From Acidobacteriota bacterium (GTDB taxonomy: Bacteria > Acidobacteriota > Polarisedimenticolia > J045): a stretch of 47,141 bases of DNA. Both the position numbers and the translations under genes were made by a program. The stretch lies in contig JALUUK010000317.1 in assembly GCA_027021395.1 (NCBI GenBank), forward strand, positions 1 to 47,141, read 5' to 3'. How positions within the stretch are numbered: the stretch's first letter is position 1; each line of letters starts with the position of its first letter. Below, one piece after another: positions 1-9,981 of the stretch. The notes beneath the pieces were generated by a model that saw only the letters and a program-made list of their open reading frames with translations, did not search any database and had not been told where the DNA came from.

Positions 1-371
1 TCAGAAGTGTTTCGGGTGTGTTCGTTGAGAGTCGTCAGACTACCACCACTGCCCCCCGAAGAGCAAGGGTTGAAGTGCGGGTTTCTAGCCCGAAAAATTC
101 ACGAAGTCTCTCACTTCGGGGGTTCCATCCACGATCTAGGGCTAGAGGTGCAACGCGCTTTTTTTTGACAGGGTCGGCGATCGGTCCTAACCTCGGCGGT
201 CTTTTCATGGTCCGCCGGTCCGGGCGTGCGCCGTCGGCCGCGTCCGGGTGGTCTGGACTCGTGGTTTTGATCAGCGACGCACTTGATCTTGCCGAGGCTT
301 TCATGGTTCAACGAAGTTACGAGAGTATCGCACACTGAGAATCGGCAAGTCGCGAGAATGGGGTTTTTAGG

Positions 372-506
372 ATGAAGCGCACGTTTCAACCGAACAATCG
401 GAAGAGAAAAAAAACGCACGGGTTTCGCATCAGGATGCGCTCGGCGGGAGGGCGGCAAGTTCTTCGCCGCCGTCGCCGCAAGGGGCGCAAGCGTATCGCC
501 GTCTGA
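372..506 (+). CDS. rpmH: 50S ribosomal protein L34
   Basis: 44-aa ORF below the track length cut-off, read directly from the sequence: [44 protein letters not shown]. This is the near-invariant L34 sequence. It lies directly upstream of rnpA, as in most bacteria. Confidence 0.95.
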   Translation: MKRTFQPNNRKRKKTHGFRIRMRSAGGRQVLRRRRRKGRKRIAV

Positions 507-535
507 TCGATCGATCGAAGACGCTCTTCCCACCC

Positions 536-868
536 TTGCTGAGGGTCCGGAAGAGAGGTGAGTTCAAGGCGGTCTACGGCGAGGGACTCCGGGTCGCGGG
601 GGAACGGCTCGTGATTTTCGTGCGTTCGGGGGAAAACGATCATCCTCGCCTCGGGATAACCGCCACACGAAAGGTGGGTGGCGCGGTCGTGCGCAACCGC
701 TTGCGCCGTCTGGTAAGAGAAGTCTTCCGTCGCAACCTTTCGGCGTTTGATACGTGGGACGTGGTCGTCAATCTGCGGAGGAAAGCCGTAGGGTCCCGCT
801 ATCAGGACATGGAACGTGAGATGTTGAGTCTGATGCGTCGAGCTCGAAAAAGGTCCTGCTCCCAATGA
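536..868 (+). CDS. rnpA: RNase P protein component
   Basis: 110-aa basic ORF with a TTG start at 536, directly after rpmH. The region RLGITATRKVGGAVVRNRLRRLVRE fits the RnpA RNR-motif region. Its stop overlaps the yidD start (ATGA at 865-868). Confidence 0.9.
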   Translation: MLRVRKRGEFKAVYGEGLRVAGERLVIFVRSGENDHPRLGITATRKVGGAVVRNRLRRLVREVFRRNLSAFDTWDVVVNLRRKAVGSRYQDMEREMLSLMRRARKRSCSQ

Positions 869-1140
869 ACTCGGTGACTCCGGTCGGGCGTGGGATGATT
901 CTGTTGGTGCGCGGATACCAACGCTTCATTTCCCCCATGCTCCCGGCGAGCTGTCGCTTCGTCCCCTCTTGCTCGGAATACGCGACGATGGCCATCGAAG
1001 AGTGGGGTGCGGTGCGCGGCGTTTTCCTTTCACTCTGGCGAATTCTCCGATGCCAGCCCCTTTGCCGCGGCGGGCTCGACCTGCCCCCGCCTCGGCAAGC
1101 GACGCCCTCGAACGGCGATATCGCAGAAACGAATCACTAG
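865..1140 (+). CDS. yidD: membrane protein insertion efficiency factor YidD
   Basis: Contains YQRFISPMLPASCRFVPSCSEYA, the YidD signature with conserved Cys residues. Sits in the canonical position between rnpA and yidC. Confidence 0.9.
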   Translation: MNSVTPVGRGMILLVRGYQRFISPMLPASCRFVPSCSEYATMAIEEWGAVRGVFLSLWRILRCQPLCRGGLDLPPPRQATPSNGDIAETNH

Positions 1141-1142
1141 AA

Positions 1143-2918
1143 ATGGACAAAGAAGGAACACTGCGTCTCCTGCTGGCCGTTGTCCTCTCCATGGGGCTGA
1201 TGCTGAGCTGGAACTATTTTTTCGGGCCCGAGCCAAGACCACCGGGATCGATCTCCCCTCCCCCGCTCGCGGACGGCGGTCTCGACTCCTCAGATCCAAG
1301 CTCGGTCGAGTCGGAAATGCAGTCGCTGGCCGCCGCGCCGCTCGTCGAAGCCCCTGTCGAGGTTTCCGCCGACGCCATCTCCGGTCTATCCGGTGAGGCG
1401 CCGCGGGTCCTGCGTTCCCCCACGAGCGAGGTGACGCTATCGTCTCGAGGCGGCCGTATTCTGGAGTGGCGGTTGCTGGACTACGAGAAGAACCCCGGAA
1501 GCGGCGAGCGGCAATTCGTCGATCTCGTTTCCCCGGCCGAGCGTAAGCTCGATCGCCAACCGCTCTACATCGAAACGGCCGACCCCGAATTGACCGAGCA
1601 AATCAACAGTGCTTGGTATCGCGTGACCGAAGCAGAGGTCGGGGCGGACCAAGCGGCGAGAGTGCACGTCGCTGAGGGCAGCGAGAAGTTGATCTTCGAG
1701 TGGGCCGACGGTCAGGGGCTAGAGGTTCGGAAGGAGTTCATTCTCTCGCGAGACGAGCGATTCCTCGCGGCGGTGGAGTGGGACGTCAAGGTCCAAGGCC
1801 GATCGTTGAGCGACGCACGCATCACTTGGGGTCCGGGAATCGGGCGCCCCCGTGAAGCTGGGTCGAACTTCTTCATGTATCGCGGAGATGTGGTCACCGC
1901 CCGCGGAGATGACACGGAAACGCTCAAGAGCGGCAAGATCGATCGGCAGCAGGAGTGGCCCGCCTCGATCGCACCGGATTGGATCGGAATTACCGACCAG
2001 TACTTCAGTGTCGTTCTCGTCCCGGCACGCCGAGCGGTAACGCTGGTTCGCCCGTGGTCGCAGGAGGGAATCGATGCCTCGGCCGGCGGCGATCTGTCGA
2101 TCGAGACATCCGCCCGAAGCGTGAGCATTTTTGCCGGGCCGAAATCCGTCGAGCTGCTCGAAGAGGTTTCCCAGGGCCTCGGGCACAATCTCAACGGCTT
2201 GATTCCCTGGGGCTGGTTCGGAGTCATCGCTCGTCCGCTCTATTCCTTCCTCGCGTGGTTCTACTCTCTGGTCGGAAACTGGGGAGTGGCGATCATTCTC
2301 CTGACCCTGGTCGTGCGATTGGCGATGTTTCCCATCACGCAGGGCGGGATGGTCAAGATGCGCAAGGCGCAGCAAGACATGGCGCGCCTGCAGCCGAAGA
2401 TCAAGAAGATCAAGGAGAAGTACAAAGACAAGAAGGATATGGAAGCCCGTCGCAAGATGCAGGAGGAGACGATGGAGCTTTACCGCCGAGAAGGTGTCAA
2501 TCCTGCGGCGATGCTCATCGGCTGCCTTCCGCTCTTGCTGCAGATGCCGATCTTCTTCGGCATCTACAAGGTGCTCAGCGTCAGTGCCGAGCTTCGCGGC
2601 GCGCCCTTCGTCGGATGGATCCACGACCTGTCCATTGCCGATCCCTACTGGATCACGCCCATTCTCATGGGTGCAACGATGCTGCTTCAGCAGTTGATGA
2701 CGGCTACGAAGACGGAAGATCCACAGCAGAAATCCCAACAGCGGATGATGCTGATGATGCCGTTCATTTTCACTTACATGTTTCTCAACATGCCCAGTGG
2801 ACTCGTGCTCTACTGGCTCTCGAGCAACGTCTTCGGAATATTGCAGCAGCTCCTGATCAACCGACAGGCAGCGGGAAGTACGACACCAGCCGCAGGAAAG
2901 GCCAAGGCCGGCGCGTGA
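1143..2918 (+). CDS. yidC: membrane protein insertase YidC
   Basis: ORF 969..2918 trimmed to ATG 1143 (MDKEGTLRLLLAVVLSMGLMLSW, TM1) because the upstream part overlaps yidD. Large periplasmic P1 domain. Conserved core: WGVAIILLTLVVRLAMFPIT, LQPKIKKIKEKYKDKKD, GVNPAAMLIGCLPLLLQMPIFFGIY, PSGLVLYWLSSNVFGILQQ. Confidence 0.95.
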   Translation: MDKEGTLRLLLAVVLSMGLMLSWNYFFGPEPRPPGSISPPPLADGGLDSSDPSSVESEMQSLAAAPLVEAPVEVSADAISGLSGEAPRVLRSPTSEVTLSSRGGRILEWRLLDYEKNPGSGERQFVDLVSPAERKLDRQPLYIETADPELTEQINSAWYRVTEAEVGADQAARVHVAEGSEKLIFEWADGQGLEVRKEFILSRDERFLAAVEWDVKVQGRSLSDARITWGPGIGRPREAGSNFFMYRGDVVTARGDDTETLKSGKIDRQQEWPASIAPDWIGITDQYFSVVLVPARRAVTLVRPWSQEGIDASAGGDLSIETSARSVSIFAGPKSVELLEEVSQGLGHNLNGLIPWGWFGVIARPLYSFLAWFYSLVGNWGVAIILLTLVVRLAMFPITQGGMVKMRKAQQDMARLQPKIKKIKEKYKDKKDMEARRKMQEETMELYRREGVNPAAMLIGCLPLLLQMPIFFGIYKVLSVSAELRGAPFVGWIHDLSIADPYWITPILMGATMLLQQLMTATKTEDPQQKSQQRMMLMMPFIFTYMFLNMPSGLVLYWLSSNVFGILQQLLINRQAAGSTTPAAGKAKAGA

Positions 2919-2952
2919 AGAGTGCCGAGGGGTGGTCGAGGAGGATCAACGT

Positions 2953-3768
2953 ATGAGCAACAAGAAGATGAGGTTTACCGGGCGCGATTTGGCTGAGGCG
3001 CTTGGGAAAGCACGCCGGGAGTTCAAGGCGACCCGCCAAGATATCGGTTTCGAGGTGACACGTTCGCCTAGCGTCGGTCCTCTCGGAGAGGACAGTGAGG
3101 ATCTCGAGATCGAGGCGTGGTACCAGCCGGGTGCCCATCCGGCGCCCGCACGCAGCGACGAGGGAAGAGGAAGCTATCGCGACCGGGAGCCACGAGGCGG
3201 GCGTCACCGCGAGAGGCGCGATCGAGGTGGCGGAGCCGGCCGCCCACGATCGCCGCGCGACGAGCATGTTCCCGAATTGCCGCCCCTGTTGCCTGAAGCC
3301 TCGGTCACCGATGCCGAGCAGATTCTCCGCCATCTTTCTGCGACGATGATCGAGGGTCTCGATCTCGACTTGCGGGTGCGCGAGATCATTCAAAGCGACG
3401 TGGGGTTGCGGGTTTCACTCGACGGTGAGGATAGCGAGTACCTGCTCCAAGACGATGGAAAGGGGCTCGATGCGCTTCAGTTTCTAGCGAACCGCGTGCT
3501 GCAACGTGACGGTCGCATCGAAACCCGCGTCACCTTTGATTCGGATGGATGGCGCGCTGAAAGTGAATCGAGACTGATCGCGCACGCGCGCCGCACGGCG
3601 GAAGAGGTGCGGCAAAGCGGCGAAACGATCGCGCTATCGCCGATGGGCGCCTACGAACGCCGGCTGATCCACATGGCGCTCGCCGAAGAAGAAGGCGTCC
3701 GCACCTTCTCTTCCGGCGATGGCCATGAAAAATGCTTGAACATTGCTCCCGACGAACCTAGCGAATGA
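2953..3768 (+). CDS. jag: Jag/KhpB-type RNA-binding protein (Jag_N, KH, R3H)
   Basis: Conserved position after yidC. C-terminal R3H-type motif YERRLIHMALAEEEGVRTFSSGDG. N-terminal Jag-like segment followed by an Arg/Gly/Asp-rich linker (RGSYRDREPRGGRHRERRDRGGGAGRPRSPRD). ATG 2953 preferred over GTG 2932. Confidence 0.85.
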   Translation: MSNKKMRFTGRDLAEALGKARREFKATRQDIGFEVTRSPSVGPLGEDSEDLEIEAWYQPGAHPAPARSDEGRGSYRDREPRGGRHRERRDRGGGAGRPRSPRDEHVPELPPLLPEASVTDAEQILRHLSATMIEGLDLDLRVREIIQSDVGLRVSLDGEDSEYLLQDDGKGLDALQFLANRVLQRDGRIETRVTFDSDGWRAESESRLIAHARRTAEEVRQSGETIALSPMGAYERRLIHMALAEEEGVRTFSSGDGHEKCLNIAPDEPSE

Positions 3769-3813
3769 GGACTCTTTCGGGAGCTTTGCTCGCTTCCAAT
3801 CCGATGCACTCGG

Positions 3814-4371
3814 TCATTCGACGATGAACTTTCCTTTCATCATCGCAAAGTGACCGGGGAAAGAGCAGAGGAAGTCGTAGGTGCCCGCTGCCGGGGCTTG
3901 GAAGGTGATGGTGTCTTCCTCTCCTCCGCCGATCAGCTTCGTATGCACGAGGACTTGGTCCTTTAGGCTCGGGGGCAGGTAGTCGTTTTCTTTGTCCTGG
4001 GCCGCAGCCATCCCGAATTCCATCGGATCGACGCCCTGGTTCAAAATCACGAGATTGTGACCCATGATCTCACGGGTCTGCTTGCCGACGTGCTTGAGTG
4101 TCAACTCGACCGTGGATCCCGCAGGAACGCGCAGCTCGCTGAGATTGAACTGCATCAGATCGTTGCCCTCGATGACCAACTTGATGACTTGGCCCTCGCT
4201 GCTCGCCGAGGCCGCCCCGGTTGCCGCCTCGGTTGCGGCTTCGGTCGCGGTACCGCTGCCCGATGTCTTCTCGTCCGAGCCGCAAGCGGCAAGACTCAGT
4301 ACGAACAGCAAGACAACGGTCGTGACGAGCGCGCGGCGTCGCCCGGACATGTAAAGAACTCTTGTATTCAT
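3814..4371 (-). CDS. azurin-like type-1 copper protein, predicted lipoprotein
   Basis: Cupredoxin ligand motifs MGHNLVIL and FLCSFPGHFAMMKGKFIV (His, Cys, His, Met spacing as in azurin). Lipobox LSLAAC after a basic n-region. AGGAGA lies 5 nt upstream of ATG 4371. Confidence 0.85.
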   Translation of the reverse strand: MNTRVLYMSGRRRALVTTVVLLFVLSLAACGSDEKTSGSGTATEAATEAATGAASASSEGQVIKLVIEGNDLMQFNLSELRVPAGSTVELTLKHVGKQTREIMGHNLVILNQGVDPMEFGMAAAQDKENDYLPPSLKDQVLVHTKLIGGGEEDTITFQAPAAGTYDFLCSFPGHFAMMKGKFIVE

Positions 4372-4612
4372 TGCCGTCTCCTTCGATCCTCGATCAAGAG
4401 GATTCATGATTCTTCAATTTTTCGTCAAGAACTCATCTTTCGAGCGGGGCATCCTACTCTCCACCCCCTCCGCCCCGCAATCGAACGCAGGGTTCGGTCT
4501 CGTCCGCCGAGAACCCTTCATGCCCGGTTCACTCGCGTGTGAGTGCTCTTCGTCGCGAGGCTGGTATCCTCGGGAGACGACGTTTCACAGCCGTCCTACC
4601 GAGCGAGGAACG

Positions 4613-5962
4613 ATGATGACCGAGACGAAGCTCTACGCGGAGCATCTAGCGCGTTTGGACTCCTGGTTGGCCGATTCCCTCGAGTTGGCGGCAAAGTCCG
4701 GTCCGGCGCTGCGTGGTGTTCTCTTTCACGCGGGCCGGTCGGCCACCTACCACGCCGACGATCAAGAAATCGCATTCTTCTCCTGCCCGCATTTTCGTCG
4801 ATGGACCCCTCTCGCCGGGCCGGAACACGTATTGCTAGCCGTTCCGGGCAAGACGCCGATCGCAGTGCGCGTGCGGCCCACCGACTATTGGTACGATACC
4901 ACGCCGCCGCCGCATTCCTACTGGGAGGAGGCCTTGCGACTCGAGGAAGTGGCATCCTTCGCGCAGATCTCCAGCGTCCTGGGATCACTCGAGGGCATCG
5001 CCTATGTGGGCAATTCGCCGCAAGCCGCCGCGGAAGTGGGCATCGACGAGAGTCTCGTAGAGCCACCGGCCTTGATGGCTCCGCTGGATTGGTACCGAGC
5101 GGTGAAGACGGATCACGAAATCAGGCTGATGCGTGTGGCTGCGGAAAAAGGTGCTGCGGGGCACATGGCCGGACGTGAAGCATTCCTAGCCGGTGGAAGC
5201 GAAAGGGAGATTCACTGGGCCTATCTTCGCGGTTCGGATCAGATCGAACGGGAACTTCCATTCGAAGCCATCGTCGCGCTCGATCAGAAAGCATCGATCC
5301 TGCACTACCAACACAAGCGGGGACGGGAAGCGGCGCCGGGAAAAGTCTTGCTGCTCGATGCAGGGGCCGGCTTCGAGGGATATGCCTCGGACATCACACG
5401 CACATGGGTTCACGACGATGTACCGGCGGAGTTTAGGAGCTTGCTCGAAGCCATGGACGGTCTCGAGCGTGACTTGGTGGCGATGGTGACGCCGGGGCGG
5501 TGCTATACAGAGATCCACATGGAGTGTCACCGGCGTATCGCAGCATTGCTTGCAGAGACTGGAGTCTTCAAGGTCGGCGGCGAGGAGGCTTTCACGCGAG
5601 GTCTTACCCTCCCCTTCATGCCCCACGGGGTGGGGCACCATCTCGGCATCCAAGTCCACGATATCGGCGGGCGACAGGCCGGTCCGGCCGGTGGTGTCAT
5701 AGCGCCCCCGGAACGACACCCTTTTCTGCGCAATACTCGTCGACTCGAAGAAGGTCAGGTCGTGACCATCGAACCCGGACTCTACTTCATCGAGATTCTT
5801 CTCACACCACTGCGCGCCGGCCAGGATGCCTCGGCGATCAACTGGGATCTCGTCGAAGAACTCATGCCCTGCGGCGGTATACGTATCGAAGACGATATCC
5901 TCTGTCGCCCCACGCCCGAAGACCTGACCCGCGCTCTCGTGCCCGGCCCCGCAAGCGAATAG
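4613..5962 (+). CDS. pepQ: Xaa-Pro dipeptidase (M24B, PepQ-like)
   Basis: Collinear with my recollection of E. coli PepQ. Motifs: LLDAGAGFEGYASDITRTW, FMPHGVGHHLGIQVHD, VVTIEPGLYFI, GGIRIEDDI (metal ligands). ATG 4613 is preceded by GAGGAA; the 5' part of ORF 4406.. has no protein-like character. Confidence 0.9.
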   Translation: MMTETKLYAEHLARLDSWLADSLELAAKSGPALRGVLFHAGRSATYHADDQEIAFFSCPHFRRWTPLAGPEHVLLAVPGKTPIAVRVRPTDYWYDTTPPPHSYWEEALRLEEVASFAQISSVLGSLEGIAYVGNSPQAAAEVGIDESLVEPPALMAPLDWYRAVKTDHEIRLMRVAAEKGAAGHMAGREAFLAGGSEREIHWAYLRGSDQIERELPFEAIVALDQKASILHYQHKRGREAAPGKVLLLDAGAGFEGYASDITRTWVHDDVPAEFRSLLEAMDGLERDLVAMVTPGRCYTEIHMECHRRIAALLAETGVFKVGGEEAFTRGLTLPFMPHGVGHHLGIQVHDIGGRQAGPAGGVIAPPERHPFLRNTRRLEEGQVVTIEPGLYFIEILLTPLRAGQDASAINWDLVEELMPCGGIRIEDDILCRPTPEDLTRALVPGPASE

Positions 5963-5987
5963 CCGACCAAGAGCCATCCTCCCCTCG

Positions 5988-6896
5988 TCAAATGCCTCCG
6001 AGGGCAAGCAACCACGCCACGGCCATCAGCAAAGCGGCTCCGATACCGAGGCTTCGATCCTGCCACGCACCGAGCCGCGGCAGGAAGGGGGTCAGAATGC
6101 CGATCAGCAGGCCGGCACACAAGCCTGCGGCGTGGCCGACGACATCGACGCGCTCACCGCTGACACCGAGCATGGAGAAGAGCGCCAAGCAGGCTGCGAG
6201 AACGGGCCAGGCCCGGAACCAGCGCCGTCGTCGTGAATGAAACGATCCAGCCTTGCCGCGCCGGATGAATTGTAGTCCCGCGAGAATGCCCAGCGTTCCG
6301 AAGATGGCGGTGGACGCGCCCACAGAGAGATGATCGGAGCCGTAGTACAGCGCAGTGGCGAAGTTGCCCGCGGCGCCGGAGGCTACAGCTAGGGCGCTCG
6401 CTAGGCCGCCACCGAGCCAACGCGCGGTGAACCCAAGAAAGAGAGCGCCGGCAAGGAGGTTTCCCAAGAGGTGGCTGACATCAGCGTGCAGGCTCAACGC
6501 CGTCAGGATTCGCCACCATTCGCCGGCGAGAATCCGTTCGGTATCGGCGCTGCCGCGAATGAAAAGCTCCGGCCGTGCAGGACTGCCGCTCGGCCCACTC
6601 AGCCAATAGATCACCAGCAGAACGACGGCAACGATGAACGGCGCGGAGGATGGACCGTGATCCGGAATCGTCTCTGTCGCAACCTCCGTGTGCTCGTTTT
6701 CTTCACGATCGGTCCCATCGAGTGCCGCTCGGGCGCGCTCGGCATCCCGCTGCTCGACGACCAGCGAGTGATGGCGGAAGGCCCCGTCGGGGCGGTGGAT
6801 CCTGTAGGGAATCGCCAAGGCTTCGAGCACCAGGGCCCACGAATCGAGACGAGCCCGTCGACGTGTTCGGCGGACTACGACGGAGCGTCGGCTCAC
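5988..6896 (-). CDS. rhomboid-family intramembrane serine protease
   Basis: Motifs LHADVSHLLGNLL, catalytic GASTAIFGTLG (GxSxxxF) and VVGHAAGLCAGLLIG (catalytic His), in a multi-TM protein with an N-terminal soluble extension. Confidence 0.85.
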   Translation of the reverse strand: MSRRSVVVRRTRRRARLDSWALVLEALAIPYRIHRPDGAFRHHSLVVEQRDAERARAALDGTDREENEHTEVATETIPDHGPSSAPFIVAVVLLVIYWLSGPSGSPARPELFIRGSADTERILAGEWWRILTALSLHADVSHLLGNLLAGALFLGFTARWLGGGLASALAVASGAAGNFATALYYGSDHLSVGASTAIFGTLGILAGLQFIRRGKAGSFHSRRRRWFRAWPVLAACLALFSMLGVSGERVDVVGHAAGLCAGLLIGILTPFLPRLGAWQDRSLGIGAALLMAVAWLLALGGI

Positions 6897-6909
6897 GAAG
6901 CGATCCAGG

Positions 6910-8829
6910 CTACGCCGGAGAAGCGGCTCTTCTTCGCGCGAGGAAGTAACCGCCCGATGCCAGCGCGATTTCCAGCAGGCAGAACGCGGCGAGCTTCATC
7001 GCGACCGAGTCGGTAAACCCATACGAGTGCAAACCGACGTTCAGCAGATTCACCCCGAACCAAGCCAGCGCCACGACGATGTTGTTGAGGATCAAACCTG
7101 CGGCCATTCCGCGAGGTCCGGTGTAGCCGGCCAGACGACCGTGGATCAGCATCAACTGCCACATGACGATCAGCAGCGCGCCGTTTTCCTTCGGATCCCA
7201 GCCCCAAAAACGGCCCCAGCTCTGGTCGGCCCAGATTCCCCCGAGAATGGTTCCAAAGAGGGTGAAAAAGAGGGCGACGAGATTCAGCCCGTTCATGTTG
7301 CGCGACAGGGCGCTTAGAACCTTGCGATGATCACCGGGCAAAGCCGCTCGGAAGAGATAGACATGTCCCACCAAACCGGCGACGAGCGCGCAACCATAGC
7401 CGATCGTGATCGTCACGACGTGAGTCGCCAGCCAGAAATTGGAGTCGAGAACCGCGACGAGCATGCCCATCGTGTCCCCGTCCGCTGCATATGAAAAGCC
7501 TACGAAATGCAATACGGCTCCCATGACGTTGCCGACGATCAAGCCGAAGCCGTCGTGACGCACGAGTTCGACGATCAGTCCGGTCAGTGCTCCGATGAAG
7601 CCGACGAAGATCACACTCTCGTAGAGTGTGGATACGGGAGGCCGTCCCATGACGAGCATTCTCACCAAGAGTCCACCGCCATGAAGAGACACACCGAGAA
7701 TCAGCAGCGCCAAAGAGCAGCGGCGGAGAAAGTTCGGCCAAACGAGCCAACTTGCTCCCAAGACCAAGAAACCGGCGATATAGGCCGCGACGCTCTTGTA
7801 GAAGAGTTCCGTCCTACTCATCCAGGTTTCAAGGCGTAGCCGAGAATCCATGGCGACACCACCACGATTCGCAGCGAAGGTCTCGAAAAGTTCGGCGACC
7901 TTTCCGTTTGCCGAATCCCGTCGGCCGTTCGACTCTGCTTCGAGAATGGCTGCCCACGTATCGAGCGTTTGACGCTCTTCATTACTGAGCTTCGGACTGT
8001 TCATCAATGCCCAGGGGCTGCGCCATTCTCCCGTTGGACTATCGGCACGCGCGGGAACGACAGCCGCACCGTTTGCACTGAGATCTTGGCGGACGCGATT
8101 GAGCGCATTGACCAGTTGGACGATTTCCAGATCTCTAGCGTTCCACTCCTCTTCTTCCTTCGAGCGGATCGAATCAATGACTTTCTCCAGGACATCGCTG
8201 CGTTGAGCAAAATAATAGTAAGACGCTGCCTGGTTCGGCTGAAGATCGAATTCAGCCGCCAGTTCCGGGTTCTGGATCTTGAAAACCGCCAGCAGGCAAC
8301 TGAAGGAACGGCGGACTTCATCGACTCGAAGTTGCCCGATGTAGGTCTCGACGAGCTGTCTTTCGATCAGAGAACGTTGCTCATACTCCTTTTGGTACAA
8401 CTCATGCAGATAGTCGCGATGTTTGAGAGTGGCTTCGGATAACTCCTCGAAGGTGTAAAGTCGTTTCTTTCGTTCTGGTAGTTGCAGTGCATAGACCAAC
8501 TCGGGATTGCGCAGATGAAAGATCGGACGCGTGCGAAAGGCAGGCTTATCGGCAGCCACTTCGAAGTACCAGTCGAGCGCCGACATATCCGGAAGCGACC
8601 GCTTACCATAGACGCTCAGCAGCAGTACGCGGGCGAACGTGTCGATCGGCTTGACTCGACCGTCATGCTGTACCGGCAATTCAGCAATGCCCGGCTCGCC
8701 TGCGAGGGAAACGCTGCAACCAGCAACAACCAAGAGAACGGCGAAAACGGCGAGCCATGTCTTGACGCCGACCGCCGAGCGTCTCGTCCTGCGGTATACG
8801 AACGATTTGTCGTAAAAGCTCTTCGTCAT
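6910..8829 (-). CDS. ccsA: cytochrome c biogenesis protein CcsA/ResC with long N-terminal extension
   Basis: Trp-rich haem-handling motif WADQSWGRFWGWDPKENGALLIVMW in a polytopic C-terminal half. About 340 aa of N-terminal exported domain precede it. 4-nt overlap with the upstream resB-like gene. Confidence 0.85.
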   Translation of the reverse strand: MTKSFYDKSFVYRRTRRSAVGVKTWLAVFAVLLVVAGCSVSLAGEPGIAELPVQHDGRVKPIDTFARVLLLSVYGKRSLPDMSALDWYFEVAADKPAFRTRPIFHLRNPELVYALQLPERKKRLYTFEELSEATLKHRDYLHELYQKEYEQRSLIERQLVETYIGQLRVDEVRRSFSCLLAVFKIQNPELAAEFDLQPNQAASYYYFAQRSDVLEKVIDSIRSKEEEEWNARDLEIVQLVNALNRVRQDLSANGAAVVPARADSPTGEWRSPWALMNSPKLSNEERQTLDTWAAILEAESNGRRDSANGKVAELFETFAANRGGVAMDSRLRLETWMSRTELFYKSVAAYIAGFLVLGASWLVWPNFLRRCSLALLILGVSLHGGGLLVRMLVMGRPPVSTLYESVIFVGFIGALTGLIVELVRHDGFGLIVGNVMGAVLHFVGFSYAADGDTMGMLVAVLDSNFWLATHVVTITIGYGCALVAGLVGHVYLFRAALPGDHRKVLSALSRNMNGLNLVALFFTLFGTILGGIWADQSWGRFWGWDPKENGALLIVMWQLMLIHGRLAGYTGPRGMAAGLILNNIVVALAWFGVNLLNVGLHSYGFTDSVAMKLAAFCLLEIALASGGYFLARRRAASPA

Positions 8830-9953
8830 GCGTTACTCTCGCTTTTCTTCTTGGCGATCAGCCCGGGGACTTTGATCACCAGATGAATCAAGAGGCCGAT
8901 GCACATGATGATGCTCGAGATATAGGGAAACATGCGCCCATAGTTCTTGACGACCTGCAGCACGGTGGTTTCGGTGTTGTTCCCTTTGAAGAAAGAGGCT
9001 TGGAAGAACGTTCGACCGGCTAGGCGCAGAGGTTCATTCATCTGGATGACGACTCGCCGACTCGTTTCGCCCTGATGCAGATTGACGATTGAGCGGTAGC
9101 TTTTCGCCATCCCGGTTCCAGGATGAAGGTTCTGCTGGAAATCCAGCAGCTCGAGGCTGAATGGCAAGTAGGTGCGTTCCCGCCGGAGAACTAGAGCGAC
9201 GGTGCGCTGGCCGTCGGAAAGGGTCTGCAGCATGGGAGAACGCTCGTAAAGGGCGTAGATGCCGTCATTTTGCTCATCGATCCCCGATACCTTCAAGACG
9301 ATCCCCGCACGGTTTTGTTGACGTTCTTGTGCTTCCGGAATTCGTTCGAGTTCAAAGCGTTCGGCGAGACCGCGGTAGGGCCCGGAATCTTGGTTCTTAC
9401 GGGGAACCGGCCGGCAATTCCGATAGTATTCGAGAACTTCGAACGATCCTGGGATATTAGGATGTGTCAAAGTCGAACCGACCTTCAAGAGTGCCTCGGG
9501 GATGGCCGTGATCTCGTCGTAGTCGGGGTGGTTCTGATCGGCCAAGACGAGTTCTTTGACCTCGTCGCTCGAGACGAAAGAAACCGTTTCGCCCTCGTTG
9601 ATGACCATGGTGCCTTCGCTCGAAAAATAGGCCGTGAGAAAACCGCCGACCAGAAGGAGCAAAGCACCGAAGTGAGTGATCAGTACGCCGATCTTCTTTG
9701 GTCGCCAAAGGGTCTTCTTCGTATGAAAAAGAGCGAGATTGATGAAGGTCAGCAGCATGGTCAAACGACCACCGGGCAAGGGCAGAAAGCCTACGAACAG
9801 AAACCAAGAAGAAAAATATTTTTCTTGGGCAAGGTACAGCCCGAGATCACGCTGCGCGATCGTTCCAACTGTGAGTAGTACGATCAACCAAATGCAACAG
9901 AAGAAAAAAACCCTGGGGTGAGAAAGAGCACGAAGGAGAGAACGGAGCATCAT
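8826..9953 (-). CDS. resB: ResB/Ccs1-like cytochrome c biogenesis protein
   Basis: N-terminal TM pair with GVLITHFGALLLLVGGFL (ResB-like His-containing TM), large periplasmic domain and a C-terminal TM. Translationally coupled to ccsA. Confidence 0.75.
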   Translation of the reverse strand: MMLRSLLRALSHPRVFFFCCIWLIVLLTVGTIAQRDLGLYLAQEKYFSSWFLFVGFLPLPGGRLTMLLTFINLALFHTKKTLWRPKKIGVLITHFGALLLLVGGFLTAYFSSEGTMVINEGETVSFVSSDEVKELVLADQNHPDYDEITAIPEALLKVGSTLTHPNIPGSFEVLEYYRNCRPVPRKNQDSGPYRGLAERFELERIPEAQERQQNRAGIVLKVSGIDEQNDGIYALYERSPMLQTLSDGQRTVALVLRRERTYLPFSLELLDFQQNLHPGTGMAKSYRSIVNLHQGETSRRVVIQMNEPLRLAGRTFFQASFFKGNNTETTVLQVVKNYGRMFPYISSIIMCIGLLIHLVIKVPGLIAKKKSESNA

Positions 9954-9981
9954 GCAACCCTCGACGAGAGCAGAACGGGGG

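Noticed and set aside
1-371. Possible oriC / DnaA boxes upstream of rpmH
   Set aside because: The only match is a weak 6/9 match to TTATCCACA (around 123-133). There is no cluster of boxes and no AT-rich unwinding element, and dnaA is not in the window.
969-1142. N-terminal extensions of the yidC ORF (969..1142); the same applies to pepQ (4406..4612), the cusA ORF (to 19963) and the cusC ORF (to 23182)
   Set aside because: The extensions overlap upstream genes or are Arg/Pro-rich. Internal ATGs have RBS-like sequences and yield the canonical N-termini.
1719-2956. 339-aa minus-strand and 333-aa plus-strand ORFs inside yidC
   Set aside because: They overlap the unmistakable YidC frame. Their composition is Arg/Pro/Gly-rich and without motifs.
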